Shown: positions 17,426-26,678 of the stretch, piece after piece | How the letters are laid out: each line of letters opens with the position of its first letter | Numbering within the stretch: position 1 is the stretch's first letter | Assembly: GCA_045532495.1 (NCBI GenBank) | Contig: JAZSGA010000042.1 | Location: 1-55,544, forward strand | Direction: 5' to 3' | Source: Eubacteriales bacterium | GTDB lineage: Bacteria; Bacillota; Clostridia; Oscillospirales; CAG-382 | Length of the DNA: 55,544 nt | Made by a program: the position numbers and the translations under genes | The notes under the pieces: model-generated | The model's input: the letters and a program-made list of their open reading frames with translations, nothing else | Told to the model about the DNA's origin: nothing | Databases searched by the model: none

Positions 17426-17700
17426 TTGTTCTCCTCCTTTTCGCCCTCACACGTTTTTTGGGGTTTTTCGCATCGCAAAAGTGCGGCAAATGACGAAAAA
17501 AGCACCAGCACCAGGGCATCTTCAAGCTTGCCGCCGTTCATAAATACAGCTGTTATTGCCGCAGAATGAAGGGCTATGTTTAACACATCGGCTATTACCA
17601 TAAGCTTGCCGTTACGCAGAAAATACGATACCGCATGAAGCAATACTGCTCCAAGCACAAACAGCAAAAGTGCGGGTTTCTGTAAAAATATAAGATCCAT
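17422..17700 (-). CDS. Small 3-TM membrane protein (92 aa), unknown function
   Basis: The ATG at 17700 is preceded by a GAGG-like RBS. Three hydrophobic helices. The stop overlaps the MBOAT start (ATGA), implying translational coupling. Confidence 0.5.
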   Translation of the reverse strand: MDLIFLQKPALLLFVLGAVLLHAVSYFLRNGKLMVIADVLNIALHSAAITAVFMNGGKLEDALVLVLFSSFAALLRCEKPQKTCEGEKEENK

Positions 17701-17718
17701 AAAAAGCCTCACAAACAG

Positions 17719-19818
17719 TTAATTAAGCACGCCAAGTATATCATCGCATACCTGCTCGGTGTGCATAACGGTACCTTCATCGCCCAGGTGATAATCCGTG
17801 TTGTAGAAATACTTGCCCTCATAAATGTAATCACGCACATCGGAAATAAGCGGCACGGATATTACTTTTCTCATATCGGCATTGTATGCATCGTAGCTTT
17901 CATCGTCAAGGCAATCGTCGGCCACAGAATTAACATTGTACGGAGGATAGGAAAGGTATGCTTTTACATTACGTCTTTTGGCAATATCCAAAATGCGGTT
18001 TACATTTGCGGCAAAATCCACAGGAATTGTATCCTCTTTGAACAGGAAGGTTCCGTTGGCACCGCTTTTGTAATTTTCGCTGTTGAGGTTAGGTCTTGGA
18101 ATAGCGCAATCTCCGTATTCATCCAAACGCAACGAGCGTGTTTCGTAGGTTTTTTCGCCCATTCCGGAACGCTGTTTTGAATACTGTGAATATGCTGTAA
18201 ACACTTCGGTATATTTTGTCATATCCGCATACGAAAGCAGATCGTAGCAGGATTCGCATCCCTGGAATGTGAGCGCTGTCATTTGCGGATTTCCGTTTAC
18301 GGTATCGCAGAAAGGTCCGTACTGTTCGGGCGCAAATATAATTGTGTCGTCCTTATCCGCAAGGTTTGCCATGGCTTCCAAAAAGAACACAACATTCATT
18401 TGCGCATTGGTGCCGTAATTTACCACCGAATATCCGCCCGAAAGCAGTTCTTCGGCATATCCCGTATCAAATCCAAAATGCTTGCTGGAGCCCGAAACGA
18501 TTATTATCCTTGCTTTATCCGCTGTCATAAAGCGCTCATATTTTTTGCTGAAAGAAAGATCCGAATCGGAATAGCGTGGATTTTTTGCTGCATGGAGATT
18601 TATTGTTTTCACAGGGCAATTTTCAAAAGAAGCATCAGAAACGGCAAAAAGTGAATCGAAAAATGTCACTTCCGAAAGCGCTTTGCTGTTTGCAAAGGCA
18701 CCGTCTTCCACATTAACAACAGAGGAAGGAATATACACTTTTTCCACACCGCTGCCGGCAAAGGCACCCGATGCTATTTTTACAACAGGCTTTCCGCCCA
18801 ATGTTTTGGGAATATAAACTTCCTTTGAGCTTCCGTTGTATTTTTCCACAGATATATTTCCGTTGGTTTCGGACACGGTAAATGACGTTTCGGGTTCCGC
18901 CTGCTGCCACATGCAGTAAAGCACAAGGGGTGCATCGGATTCAAGCTTGATTTTGTGCCCCATGCCCACATATGCACCGCTGCCGTCGGCTTGGGTGTTG
19001 TAGCCTGTAAGCACATAACCTTCACGGGCAAAGCTTCCGTTTTCGGGCATGGTGTTGGGCATGAGATAATAGTCAACACAGAAATCAGTTTTTATGCCCT
19101 GTGCCCCATCAAAGCTTTTTCCACCGTTGGCATCGTATATTACTTCCACAACCTTTTCGCGCACCGGCTGAGGTCTGTTGGGCTTTTTGTTGGGCAACTC
19201 AACCTTTGGAATAGTGGGGGTTTCCTTTTTGGTAACATTTGATGCATCGTAATTTGCATAAAGGGTAACGGATTCATCAACTTTAAAGGTGTATTGCTCC
19301 TTAAGGCTTACCGCATTGCCTCCGTTTTTGACGGATTTATTCAACGACCAACCCAAAAAGATCGCTCCGTCGTTGGGAGATGCGGTTACGGTTACAACAG
19401 TACCTTTTGCCACACGTCCCTGCTCCACCGACGATGTTGCACCGCCGCCGCGGGATGAGCTTGACGAGATCCAGAATTCGCATTTTTTATCGCTGTCGCC
19501 CACAGATACCGTAAGGGTTTTGGGGGCAGTTATATTTTTAACCGTAAGCACACCGTCAGCAAAGGTATAATCCTTAATCATTGTGCTGCCGTCGGTAAGC
19601 GCCACCACGGTTTTTCCGCTGTCAATATCAAGGACAAAGGATGCATCTTTGCCGTATTCCACCTGCTTGGGATTGGTATCGGAAACAGTAAAACCGTCAC
19701 CGGAAAGCACCGTTACCGCCAAAGTGAATTTTTTTGTGCAGGATACAGTAAAGCACATGGTAACTATAATAATCAGCAAAAAAATGTGCTTTGCAGACAA
19801 TAATTCTTTACGACTCAT
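17719..19818 (-). CDS. Large surface (lipo)protein: InlB-B/Flg_new repeats + BspA-type LRRs + C-terminal DltD/SGNH-like domain
   Basis: Start chosen at 19818 (RBS AAAGGA). Signal peptide ending in TVSC. Repeats such as VIYDANGG...REGYVLTGYNT. LRR_5-like VVKIASGAFAGSGVEKVYIPSSV. IIIVSGSSKHFGFD and YFYNTDYHLGDEG are paralogous to the 477-aa protein. Confidence 0.6.
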   Translation of the reverse strand: MSRKELLSAKHIFLLIIIVTMCFTVSCTKKFTLAVTVLSGDGFTVSDTNPKQVEYGKDASFVLDIDSGKTVVALTDGSTMIKDYTFADGVLTVKNITAPKTLTVSVGDSDKKCEFWISSSSSRGGGATSSVEQGRVAKGTVVTVTASPNDGAIFLGWSLNKSVKNGGNAVSLKEQYTFKVDESVTLYANYDASNVTKKETPTIPKVELPNKKPNRPQPVREKVVEVIYDANGGKSFDGAQGIKTDFCVDYYLMPNTMPENGSFAREGYVLTGYNTQADGSGAYVGMGHKIKLESDAPLVLYCMWQQAEPETSFTVSETNGNISVEKYNGSSKEVYIPKTLGGKPVVKIASGAFAGSGVEKVYIPSSVVNVEDGAFANSKALSEVTFFDSLFAVSDASFENCPVKTINLHAAKNPRYSDSDLSFSKKYERFMTADKARIIIVSGSSKHFGFDTGYAEELLSGGYSVVNYGTNAQMNVVFFLEAMANLADKDDTIIFAPEQYGPFCDTVNGNPQMTALTFQGCESCYDLLSYADMTKYTEVFTAYSQYSKQRSGMGEKTYETRSLRLDEYGDCAIPRPNLNSENYKSGANGTFLFKEDTIPVDFAANVNRILDIAKRRNVKAYLSYPPYNVNSVADDCLDDESYDAYNADMRKVISVPLISDVRDYIYEGKYFYNTDYHLGDEGTVMHTEQVCDDILGVLN

Positions 19819-19976
19819 ATATTTATTCCTTTCGGATGATAGTGACATACTAATACATTTTGTATTATACATCAAAACAACCTTCAAAACAATGTATATT
19901 TTTAAATATCAGCGTTTTTAACATATAAAATTCGCACATTTTGTATATTTTTGCCCAACATACGCGAAATCTCCTA

Positions 19977-20005
19977 TTGACAAAGCTTGCAAGTAGGATT
20001 ATAAT
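19977..20005 (+). promoter_or_regulatory. Consensus sigma-A promoter of the 20.0-27.9 kb operon
   Basis: TTGACA, 17-nt spacer, TATAAT, ~70 nt upstream of the ATG at 20074. Confidence 0.65.
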
Positions 20006-20073
20006 TTTAAATGGACGTTTTTTTCTATATAATAATATAATTATTCACCCAATCTTCTGAATCGGAGGTTTTT

Positions 20074-20874
20074 ATGAAAATAGGAATTGCCGGAATTACC
20101 CCTGGTCGCGAAAACAAAGTCCGCATCATGAAGGAAATAGGCTACGATTTTATCGAAAGTGGTCTTTGCTATTATTATGACGAGTTCGAGCAAGCACAGA
20201 TCAACGAATTTGCCGACTATTTAAAAGAGCTGGATATGCCCTGTCTGAGCACCAACGGAATGTTTCCCGGTGATATTAAGCTTATCGGCAAGGAAGCCGA
20301 CCGCGTGCGCATATCCGAATACCTTCACGAAGTATTCGAAAAAACCGCCTGTCTGAATGTGCCTGTTTGCGTGCTGGGCAGCGGCAACGCAAGACGTATA
20401 CCCGAGGGCTGCAGTCTTGATGCATGCTACGACGAATTTTCCGAGCTTTGCGCAGATGTAATTGCACCCATACTTGAAAAACACGGCAAAACCCTTGCCA
20501 TTGAACCGCTCAACTACAGCGAGTGCAATATTGTAAACACCGTTGCCGATTCAATGCGCGTTGTAAAAGCCGTAAACAAACCTTCGGTAATGACACTTAT
20601 TGACCTTTATCATGTGCGTTACAATGGCGAAGATATAAACACCTTTACGGATTACAAAGGATACATAAAACACGTTCACGTTGCATCCTACCCCAACAAC
20701 AGACGTTTTCCCCGTCCCTATGACGGCGAAAACTACAAGGCGTTTTTTGATGTGCTCCGCCGTGCAGGTTACGGCGAAGGCAACGTATCCATCGAAGGAT
20801 CAGTTATTGATGACGGTCTGATAGCCTTCAAAAATGCCGCAATTTCAGCATATTCGCTGCTTAAACAGCTTTAA
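20074..20874 (+). CDS. Xylose-isomerase-like TIM-barrel protein (sugar phosphate isomerase/epimerase superfamily)
   Basis: ~266 aa with an alternating beta-alpha pattern. IEPLN and HVHVAS blocks are typical of the AP_endonuc_2 fold. Confidence 0.7.
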   Translation: MKIGIAGITPGRENKVRIMKEIGYDFIESGLCYYYDEFEQAQINEFADYLKELDMPCLSTNGMFPGDIKLIGKEADRVRISEYLHEVFEKTACLNVPVCVLGSGNARRIPEGCSLDACYDEFSELCADVIAPILEKHGKTLAIEPLNYSECNIVNTVADSMRVVKAVNKPSVMTLIDLYHVRYNGEDINTFTDYKGYIKHVHVASYPNNRRFPRPYDGENYKAFFDVLRRAGYGEGNVSIEGSVIDDGLIAFKNAAISAYSLLKQL

Positions 20875-20915
20875 AAAATAATTAATTACAGCATATCTAA
20901 CGAAGGGAAAACAAC

Positions 20916-22547
20916 ATGCCAATTACAGAATTTCTTGAAAGAAATGCCCGGGAATTCAGGGATGAAATAAGCCTTGTGGAAATCAACCCCGAGTTCAAAC
21001 CCGAAAGCCGCATAACCTGGCGTGAATACTCACTCACCCAGCCCGTTCCCGGCGAAACTTTACGCCGCGAACTTACCTGGGGCGATTTTGACAAAAAAGC
21101 CAACCGTTTTGCAAATCTTCTGCTCTCTCGCGGTCTGAAAAAAGGCGACAAAGTTGCCATACTTATGATGAACTCCATCGAATGGCTGCCCGCATACTTC
21201 GGCATCCTCAAAGCAGGCGCCGTTGCTGTGCCGCTCAATTTCCGCTATACAGCGCAGGAGATCAAATACTGCCTTTCCAAGGCAGATGTTTCCATCCTTA
21301 TCTTTGGCCCCGAGTTTATCGGCCGTATGGAAGAAATATGCGACAGAATACCCAACGTAAAGCAACTGTTTTACGTTGGCGAGGATTGCCCCTCTTTTGC
21401 AGACAGCTTTGAAAGCTTTATCGTGTTCTGCTCATCCCACAAGCCGGATGTTTCCATCACCGATGATGATGACGGTGCAATTTACTTCTCGTCCGGCACA
21501 ACAGGTTTCCCCAAGGCTATTCTGCACAAGCACAGAAGCCTTGTTCACGCCTGCCTTACCGAGCAAAACCATCACAATCAGCAGCACGATGACGTGTTCC
21601 TTTGTATTCCTCCGCTTTACCACACAGGTGCTAAAATGCACTGGTTCGGAAGCCTTCTTTCCGGCAGCCGTGCGGTAATGCTCAAGGGTGTGCGACCCGA
21701 ATGGATAATCCGTGCCGCATCCGATGAAAAATGTACAATAGTGTGGTTGCTTGTGCCGTGGGCTCAGGATATTCTGGATTCCATCGATTCCGGCAATATC
21801 AAGCTTGAGGATTATACCCTTGATCAGTGGCGTCTTATGCACATAGGTGCACAGCCCGTTCCCCCCAGCCTTATAAAGCGCTGGCTCAAAATATTCCCCC
21901 ACCACCAGTACGATACAAACTACGGTCTTTCCGAATCCATCGGCCCCGGCTGTGTTCATCTTGGTGTTGAAAACGTTCACAAGGTGGGTGCCATAGGCAA
22001 AGCCGGTTACGGTTGGGAAGTAAAGATAATCGAAAACGGCAAGGAAGTTACCCGTGGTGAAGTCGGCGAGCTTTGCGTAAAAGGCCCCGGTGTTATGACC
22101 TGCTATTACAAGGACGAAAAAGCCACCGAAGAAGTTCTTCGCGATGGTTGGCTTTATACCGGCGATATGGCAATGGAAGACGAGGACGGCTTTATTTACC
22201 TCGTTGACCGTAAAAAGGACGTTATTATTTCCGGCGGCGAAAACCTTTACCCGGTTCAGATCGAAGACTTTTTGCGCAAAATGGAAGAGATCAAAGATGC
22301 CGCGGTTATCGGTCTGCCCGATGCACGCCTCGGCGAAGCCGCAGCGGCTATTATTGAAGTGCGCGAAGGCTTTACACTTACCGAAGAACAGGTCAACGAT
22401 TTCTGCAGCGAGCTTCCCAAATACAAGCGCCCCCGTCACATTATATTTGCCGATATTCCCCGCAACCCCACCGGCAAGATCGAAAAGCCCAAGCTGCGTG
22501 AGATATACTGCGGAGAAAGTCTTGTTGCCCAGCAGATAACAAAATAA
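20916..22547 (+). CDS. AMP-forming acyl-CoA synthetase/ligase (ANL superfamily)
   Basis: AMP-binding motif YFSSGTTGFPKAI, YTGD, and the DRKKDVIISGGENLYP hinge. C-terminal GKIEKPKLR lysine block. Confidence 0.85.
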   Translation: MPITEFLERNAREFRDEISLVEINPEFKPESRITWREYSLTQPVPGETLRRELTWGDFDKKANRFANLLLSRGLKKGDKVAILMMNSIEWLPAYFGILKAGAVAVPLNFRYTAQEIKYCLSKADVSILIFGPEFIGRMEEICDRIPNVKQLFYVGEDCPSFADSFESFIVFCSSHKPDVSITDDDDGAIYFSSGTTGFPKAILHKHRSLVHACLTEQNHHNQQHDDVFLCIPPLYHTGAKMHWFGSLLSGSRAVMLKGVRPEWIIRAASDEKCTIVWLLVPWAQDILDSIDSGNIKLEDYTLDQWRLMHIGAQPVPPSLIKRWLKIFPHHQYDTNYGLSESIGPGCVHLGVENVHKVGAIGKAGYGWEVKIIENGKEVTRGEVGELCVKGPGVMTCYYKDEKATEEVLRDGWLYTGDMAMEDEDGFIYLVDRKKDVIISGGENLYPVQIEDFLRKMEEIKDAAVIGLPDARLGEAAAAIIEVREGFTLTEEQVNDFCSELPKYKRPRHIIFADIPRNPTGKIEKPKLREIYCGESLVAQQITK

Positions 22548-22570
22548 ATTTTCCCGAAAGGAACTGTGAA

Positions 22571-24313
22571 ATGAGTAAAAAACAACTTATGCTCGGTAAC
22601 GCTGCCGTTGCACGCGGAGCTTATGAAGCAGGTGTAAAAGTCGTGGCATCATACCCCGGCACACCCAGCACCGAAATTACCGAAAGCATTGTAAAATACG
22701 AAGATATATATGCCGAATGGGCACCCAACGAAAAGGTTGCGGCAGAAGTTGCCATTGGTGCATCCATTGGCGGAGCACGTGCCATGTCATGCTGCAAGCA
22801 TGTTGGCCTTAACGTTATGGCTGACCCGGTGTTTACCATGAGTTACATAGGTGCCAACGGCGGTTTGGTTTTTTGCGTTGCCGATGACCCCGGAATGCAC
22901 TCTTCCCAGAACGAGCAGGATTCAAGGCACTACGCAGAAGCATCCAAAATCTTTATGCTTGAGCCTGCGGATTCCGCTGAATGTAAGGAATTTACACGCA
23001 TGGCATTCGATATGAGCGAGGAATACGATTCGCCCGCTTTTATTCGTCTTTCCACCCGTGTTTCCCACTCCCAAAGCCTTGTGGAACTTTGCGATCCCAA
23101 AACTCCCGAGCTCAAGGATTACGTTAAAGATCCTTCCAAATACGTTATGATGCCTGCCATGGCAAAAAAACGCCACGTTGAAGTTGAAGCACGCATAAGA
23201 AAGCTTGTTGACTTTGCAGAAACCTCCGATATAAACAAGGTTGAAAACAACGGCTCAAAAATTGGTGTTATCACCGCAGGTATTGCCTACATGTACGCAA
23301 AGGAAGCCCTTGGCGACAGCGTAAATTACCTTAAACTCGGCATGGTTTATCCGCTTCCCGAAAAGAAGATACTTGATTTTGCAGCCACCTGCGAAAAGCT
23401 TTATGTTATAGAAGAACTTGATCCCGTTATCGAAAAGCATGTACGTGCCCTTGGCGTTGAAGTTGTAGGCAAGGATGCATTCACCCTGCTTGGCGAATAC
23501 ACTCCCGCAATGATTAAAAAAGCAGTGATCGGAGAGGATGCTCCCGAATGTTGCGAGCTTTCCGAAAATATTCCGATCCGTCCTCCCGTACTTTGTGCAG
23601 GATGTCCTCACCGTGCCACATTCTATGTGCTTAAAAAGCTGGGGCTTACCGTTTCCGGCGATATCGGCTGCTATACTCTTGGTGCAATAGCACCTTTGGC
23701 TTCTGTTGATACCACTATATGCATGGGCGCATCTGTTTCTGCCGCTCTTGGTATGGCAAAGGCCCGCGGCAACGATTTTGCAAAAAAGCTGGTTTCGGTT
23801 ATAGGCGATTCCACCTTTATGCACTCCGGCATTACCGGTCTTGTTGATATAGTTTACAATAAAGGTATAAACACGGTTATCATCCTTGACAACTCCATCA
23901 CCGGTATGACAGGACATCAGGATAACCCCACCACCGGCAAAACCATCCGCGGCGAAGCCACAAAGCAGGTAAATCTTATAACCCTTTGCAAATCCGTTGG
24001 TGTGGACAGAGTGGTTGTGGCAGATCCCTTTGACGTTAAAAACTTTGAAAAGGTTGTAAAGGCAGAAGTGGAAGCCGAAGAACCTTCAGTAATCATCGCT
24101 CAGCGTCCCTGCGCTTTGCTTAAAACAGTTAAGTACACCGGCCACTGCACCATCGGCGACAACTGCAAAAACTGTAAGCTTTGCATGAAGCTTGGCTGCC
24201 CTGCAATTTCCGTGCGTGACGGCAAGGTTACCATAGACGAAACACAGTGCAACGGATGCGGACTTTGCGTAAACGTTTGTCCCTTCGGCGCCATCACAAA
24301 GGAGGAAAACTGA
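22571..24313 (+). CDS. iorA: Indolepyruvate:ferredoxin oxidoreductase subunit alpha
   Basis: N-terminal GNAAVARGAYEAGV..SYPGTPSTE. TPP motif GDSTFMHSG. Two C-terminal ferredoxin-type Cys clusters (CKNCKLCMKLGCP, CNGCGLCVNVCP). Confidence 0.9.
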   Translation: MSKKQLMLGNAAVARGAYEAGVKVVASYPGTPSTEITESIVKYEDIYAEWAPNEKVAAEVAIGASIGGARAMSCCKHVGLNVMADPVFTMSYIGANGGLVFCVADDPGMHSSQNEQDSRHYAEASKIFMLEPADSAECKEFTRMAFDMSEEYDSPAFIRLSTRVSHSQSLVELCDPKTPELKDYVKDPSKYVMMPAMAKKRHVEVEARIRKLVDFAETSDINKVENNGSKIGVITAGIAYMYAKEALGDSVNYLKLGMVYPLPEKKILDFAATCEKLYVIEELDPVIEKHVRALGVEVVGKDAFTLLGEYTPAMIKKAVIGEDAPECCELSENIPIRPPVLCAGCPHRATFYVLKKLGLTVSGDIGCYTLGAIAPLASVDTTICMGASVSAALGMAKARGNDFAKKLVSVIGDSTFMHSGITGLVDIVYNKGINTVIILDNSITGMTGHQDNPTTGKTIRGEATKQVNLITLCKSVGVDRVVVADPFDVKNFEKVVKAEVEAEEPSVIIAQRPCALLKTVKYTGHCTIGDNCKNCKLCMKLGCPAISVRDGKVTIDETQCNGCGLCVNVCPFGAITKEEN

Positions 24314-24315
24314 CC

Positions 24316-24882
24316 ATGACAAAGAATATTATGATAGTCGGCGTCGGCGGACAGGGTACCCTTCTTGCCAGCCGTATCCTTGGAAATCTGTGCACCAACC
24401 TGGGCTACGAAGTTAAAGTTTCGGAAGTTCACGGTATGAGCCAGCGCGGCGGCAGCGTTGTTACATACGTTAAATACGGCGACAGTGTTTATTCACCTAT
24501 CATAGACAAAGGCGAAGCAGATATTGTTCTTGCATTTGAGCTGCTTGAAGCCTACCGTGCCATGCCTTATGTTAAAAAAGGCGGCAAAATGATTCTTAAC
24601 TCCCAAAAGATCAATCCCATGCCCGTAATCACCGGTGCTGCAGAATATCCTGCTGATATCGAACAGAAAATATCCGCTTGTGTGGATGTTACATCGCTTG
24701 ATGCCCTTGAGCTTGCAAAGCAGGCAGGCACAATAAAGGCAGTTAACGTTGTGCTTATAGGCGTCATGGCGAAAAACACAGATATTCCTTACGATAAATG
24801 GATAGAAACAATTAAAACCACCGTTCCGGAAAAGTTCCTTGAAGTAAACCTCAAGGCATTTGACCTGGGCTACAATTACTGA
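24316..24882 (+). CDS. iorB: Indolepyruvate:ferredoxin oxidoreductase subunit beta
   Basis: The ATG at 24316 follows a GGAGG RBS and lies 2 nt after the iorA stop. IVGVGGQGTLLAS...VHGMSQRGGSV motif. Confidence 0.85.
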   Translation: MTKNIMIVGVGGQGTLLASRILGNLCTNLGYEVKVSEVHGMSQRGGSVVTYVKYGDSVYSPIIDKGEADIVLAFELLEAYRAMPYVKKGGKMILNSQKINPMPVITGAAEYPADIEQKISACVDVTSLDALELAKQAGTIKAVNVVLIGVMAKNTDIPYDKWIETIKTTVPEKFLEVNLKAFDLGYNY

Positions 24883-24908
24883 TAATTCACCGAAAGGAAC
24901 CTACGGCA

Positions 24909-26207
24909 ATGATACTTAATCCCAAAATCGAGCAAATGCCCCGCGATGAGCTTAAAAAGCATCAGAGCGCTCTGCTTGTAAAGCAGGTTGAAAGAATGTA
25001 CGAGCGTGTGGAATGTTTCCGCAACAGAATGGATCTTAACGGTGTAAAGCCCTCTCATATCAAGAGTATAGACGACCTTCATCTGCTTCCTTTTTCCTAC
25101 AAAAAGGATCTGCGTGACTACTATCCTTACGGACTTTTTGCAGAACCCATTGAAAACATCGTGCGCCTGCATGCCTCCTCCGGCACCACAGGTAAGCAAA
25201 TAGTTGTAGGATACACCCAAAACGACCTTAAAAACTGGGCAAACACAGTTGCCCGCAGCCTTTCTGCCGCCGGTGCGGATAAAAACTCCTTTATCCAGAA
25301 CTCCTTTGGCTACGGCTTCTTTACAGGCGGTCTTGGTATCCATGATGGCGCCGCTGTTATAGGCTCCACCGTTATTCCCATTGCCGCAGGCAACACACAG
25401 CGTCAGGTTACCACCATGGTGGATTTTGGTTCCACCATCCTCACATGTACTCCTTCCTACGCCATGTACCTTGCCGAAGCAGTTGAAGAAATGGGCGTGC
25501 GTGATAAAATCAAGCTCAAGGCAGGTATTTTCGGTGCCGAACCCTGGAGCGAAGATATGCGCCATGCCATCGAAAACAAGCTGGGCATCAAGGCTTATGA
25601 CATTTACGGACTTTCCGAAATTCAGGGCCCCGGCGTTTCATACGAGTGCGAATATCAGTGCGGCATGCACATATGCGAAGATTTATTCGTTGCCGAAATA
25701 ATTGATCCCGATACCGGTGAAGTTCTTCCCGAAGGAAGCACAGGTGAGCTTGTATTCACCACCCTTGCAAAAGAAGGCTTCCCCGTTATGCGTTACCGTA
25801 CCCGTGATATATGCTCGCTCATATACGAGCCCTGCAAATGCGGCAGAACTCACATCCGTATGAACAAGCCCACAGGCCGCAGCGATGATATGCTTATTAT
25901 CCGTGGCGTAAACGTGTTCCCGTCCCAGATCGAAGAAGTTCTTCTTAACGTGGGCGGCGACGTAACCCCCAACTATCAGATCATTGTTGACCGTGTGAAC
26001 AACACCGATACCCTTGATATCAACGTGGAAATGAGCGACAACCTTCTGCACGATGAAATCAGCTCCATAGCAAATATCGAAAAGCAGATAGTTGAAAAGC
26101 TCCGCAGCGTACTTGGCATCGGTGCAAAGGTTCATCTTGTTAACCCCAAATCCATAACACGAAGCGAAGGCAAGGCAAAGCGTGTTATTGATAACAGAAA
26201 AATATAA
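24909..26207 (+). CDS. paaK: Phenylacetate-CoA ligase family (arylacetate-CoA ligase)
   Basis: PaaK-type N-terminus (IEQMPRDELKKHQ). SSGTTGK P-loop. YGLSE. RTRD...GRSDDMLIIRGVNVFP. Confidence 0.9.
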   Translation: MILNPKIEQMPRDELKKHQSALLVKQVERMYERVECFRNRMDLNGVKPSHIKSIDDLHLLPFSYKKDLRDYYPYGLFAEPIENIVRLHASSGTTGKQIVVGYTQNDLKNWANTVARSLSAAGADKNSFIQNSFGYGFFTGGLGIHDGAAVIGSTVIPIAAGNTQRQVTTMVDFGSTILTCTPSYAMYLAEAVEEMGVRDKIKLKAGIFGAEPWSEDMRHAIENKLGIKAYDIYGLSEIQGPGVSYECEYQCGMHICEDLFVAEIIDPDTGEVLPEGSTGELVFTTLAKEGFPVMRYRTRDICSLIYEPCKCGRTHIRMNKPTGRSDDMLIIRGVNVFPSQIEEVLLNVGGDVTPNYQIIVDRVNNTDTLDINVEMSDNLLHDEISSIANIEKQIVEKLRSVLGIGAKVHLVNPKSITRSEGKAKRVIDNRKI

Positions 26208-26223
26208 TGCGGAGGTATAACAA

Positions 26224-26640
26224 ATGTTTGTAAAACAGCTTACCATTTTTGTTGAAAACAAATTCGGCAGAATTGCCGACATTCTCGAAACACTCAGCAA
26301 AAACCACATAGATATCCGCGCACTCAGCATTGCCGATACAACAGAATACGGCCTTATGCGCATGATTGTAAGCGATCCCGATTCCGCAAAGACTCTTTTG
26401 CGTGAGGCAGGCGTTGTGGTTAAGATTACCGACGCCATTGCCGTTCCTCTTGATCACACCCCCGGCGGGCTTTCACACGTTATGGAAATACTTCGTGCAG
26501 GCGGCATCTCCGTAAGCTACCTTTACGCTTTCGTGGGTATGTACGGCACAGATGCGGTTGTGGTTATGAAGACAGATAAGCCGGAAGAAACCGTTATGCT
26601 GCTTTCGCAAAACGGAATCAAGCCGCTCGGCAACGTATAA
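26224..26640 (+). CDS. ACT-domain protein (tandem ACT)
   Basis: 138 aa, two beta-alpha-beta-beta-alpha-beta-like halves. Occupies the usual position after paaK in ior-paaK operons. Confidence 0.7.
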   Translation: MFVKQLTIFVENKFGRIADILETLSKNHIDIRALSIADTTEYGLMRMIVSDPDSAKTLLREAGVVVKITDAIAVPLDHTPGGLSHVMEILRAGGISVSYLYAFVGMYGTDAVVVMKTDKPEETVMLLSQNGIKPLGNV

Positions 26641-26678
26641 TTTCCCAATCGCTTATTCTCCCCGAAAGGAAAACTACT

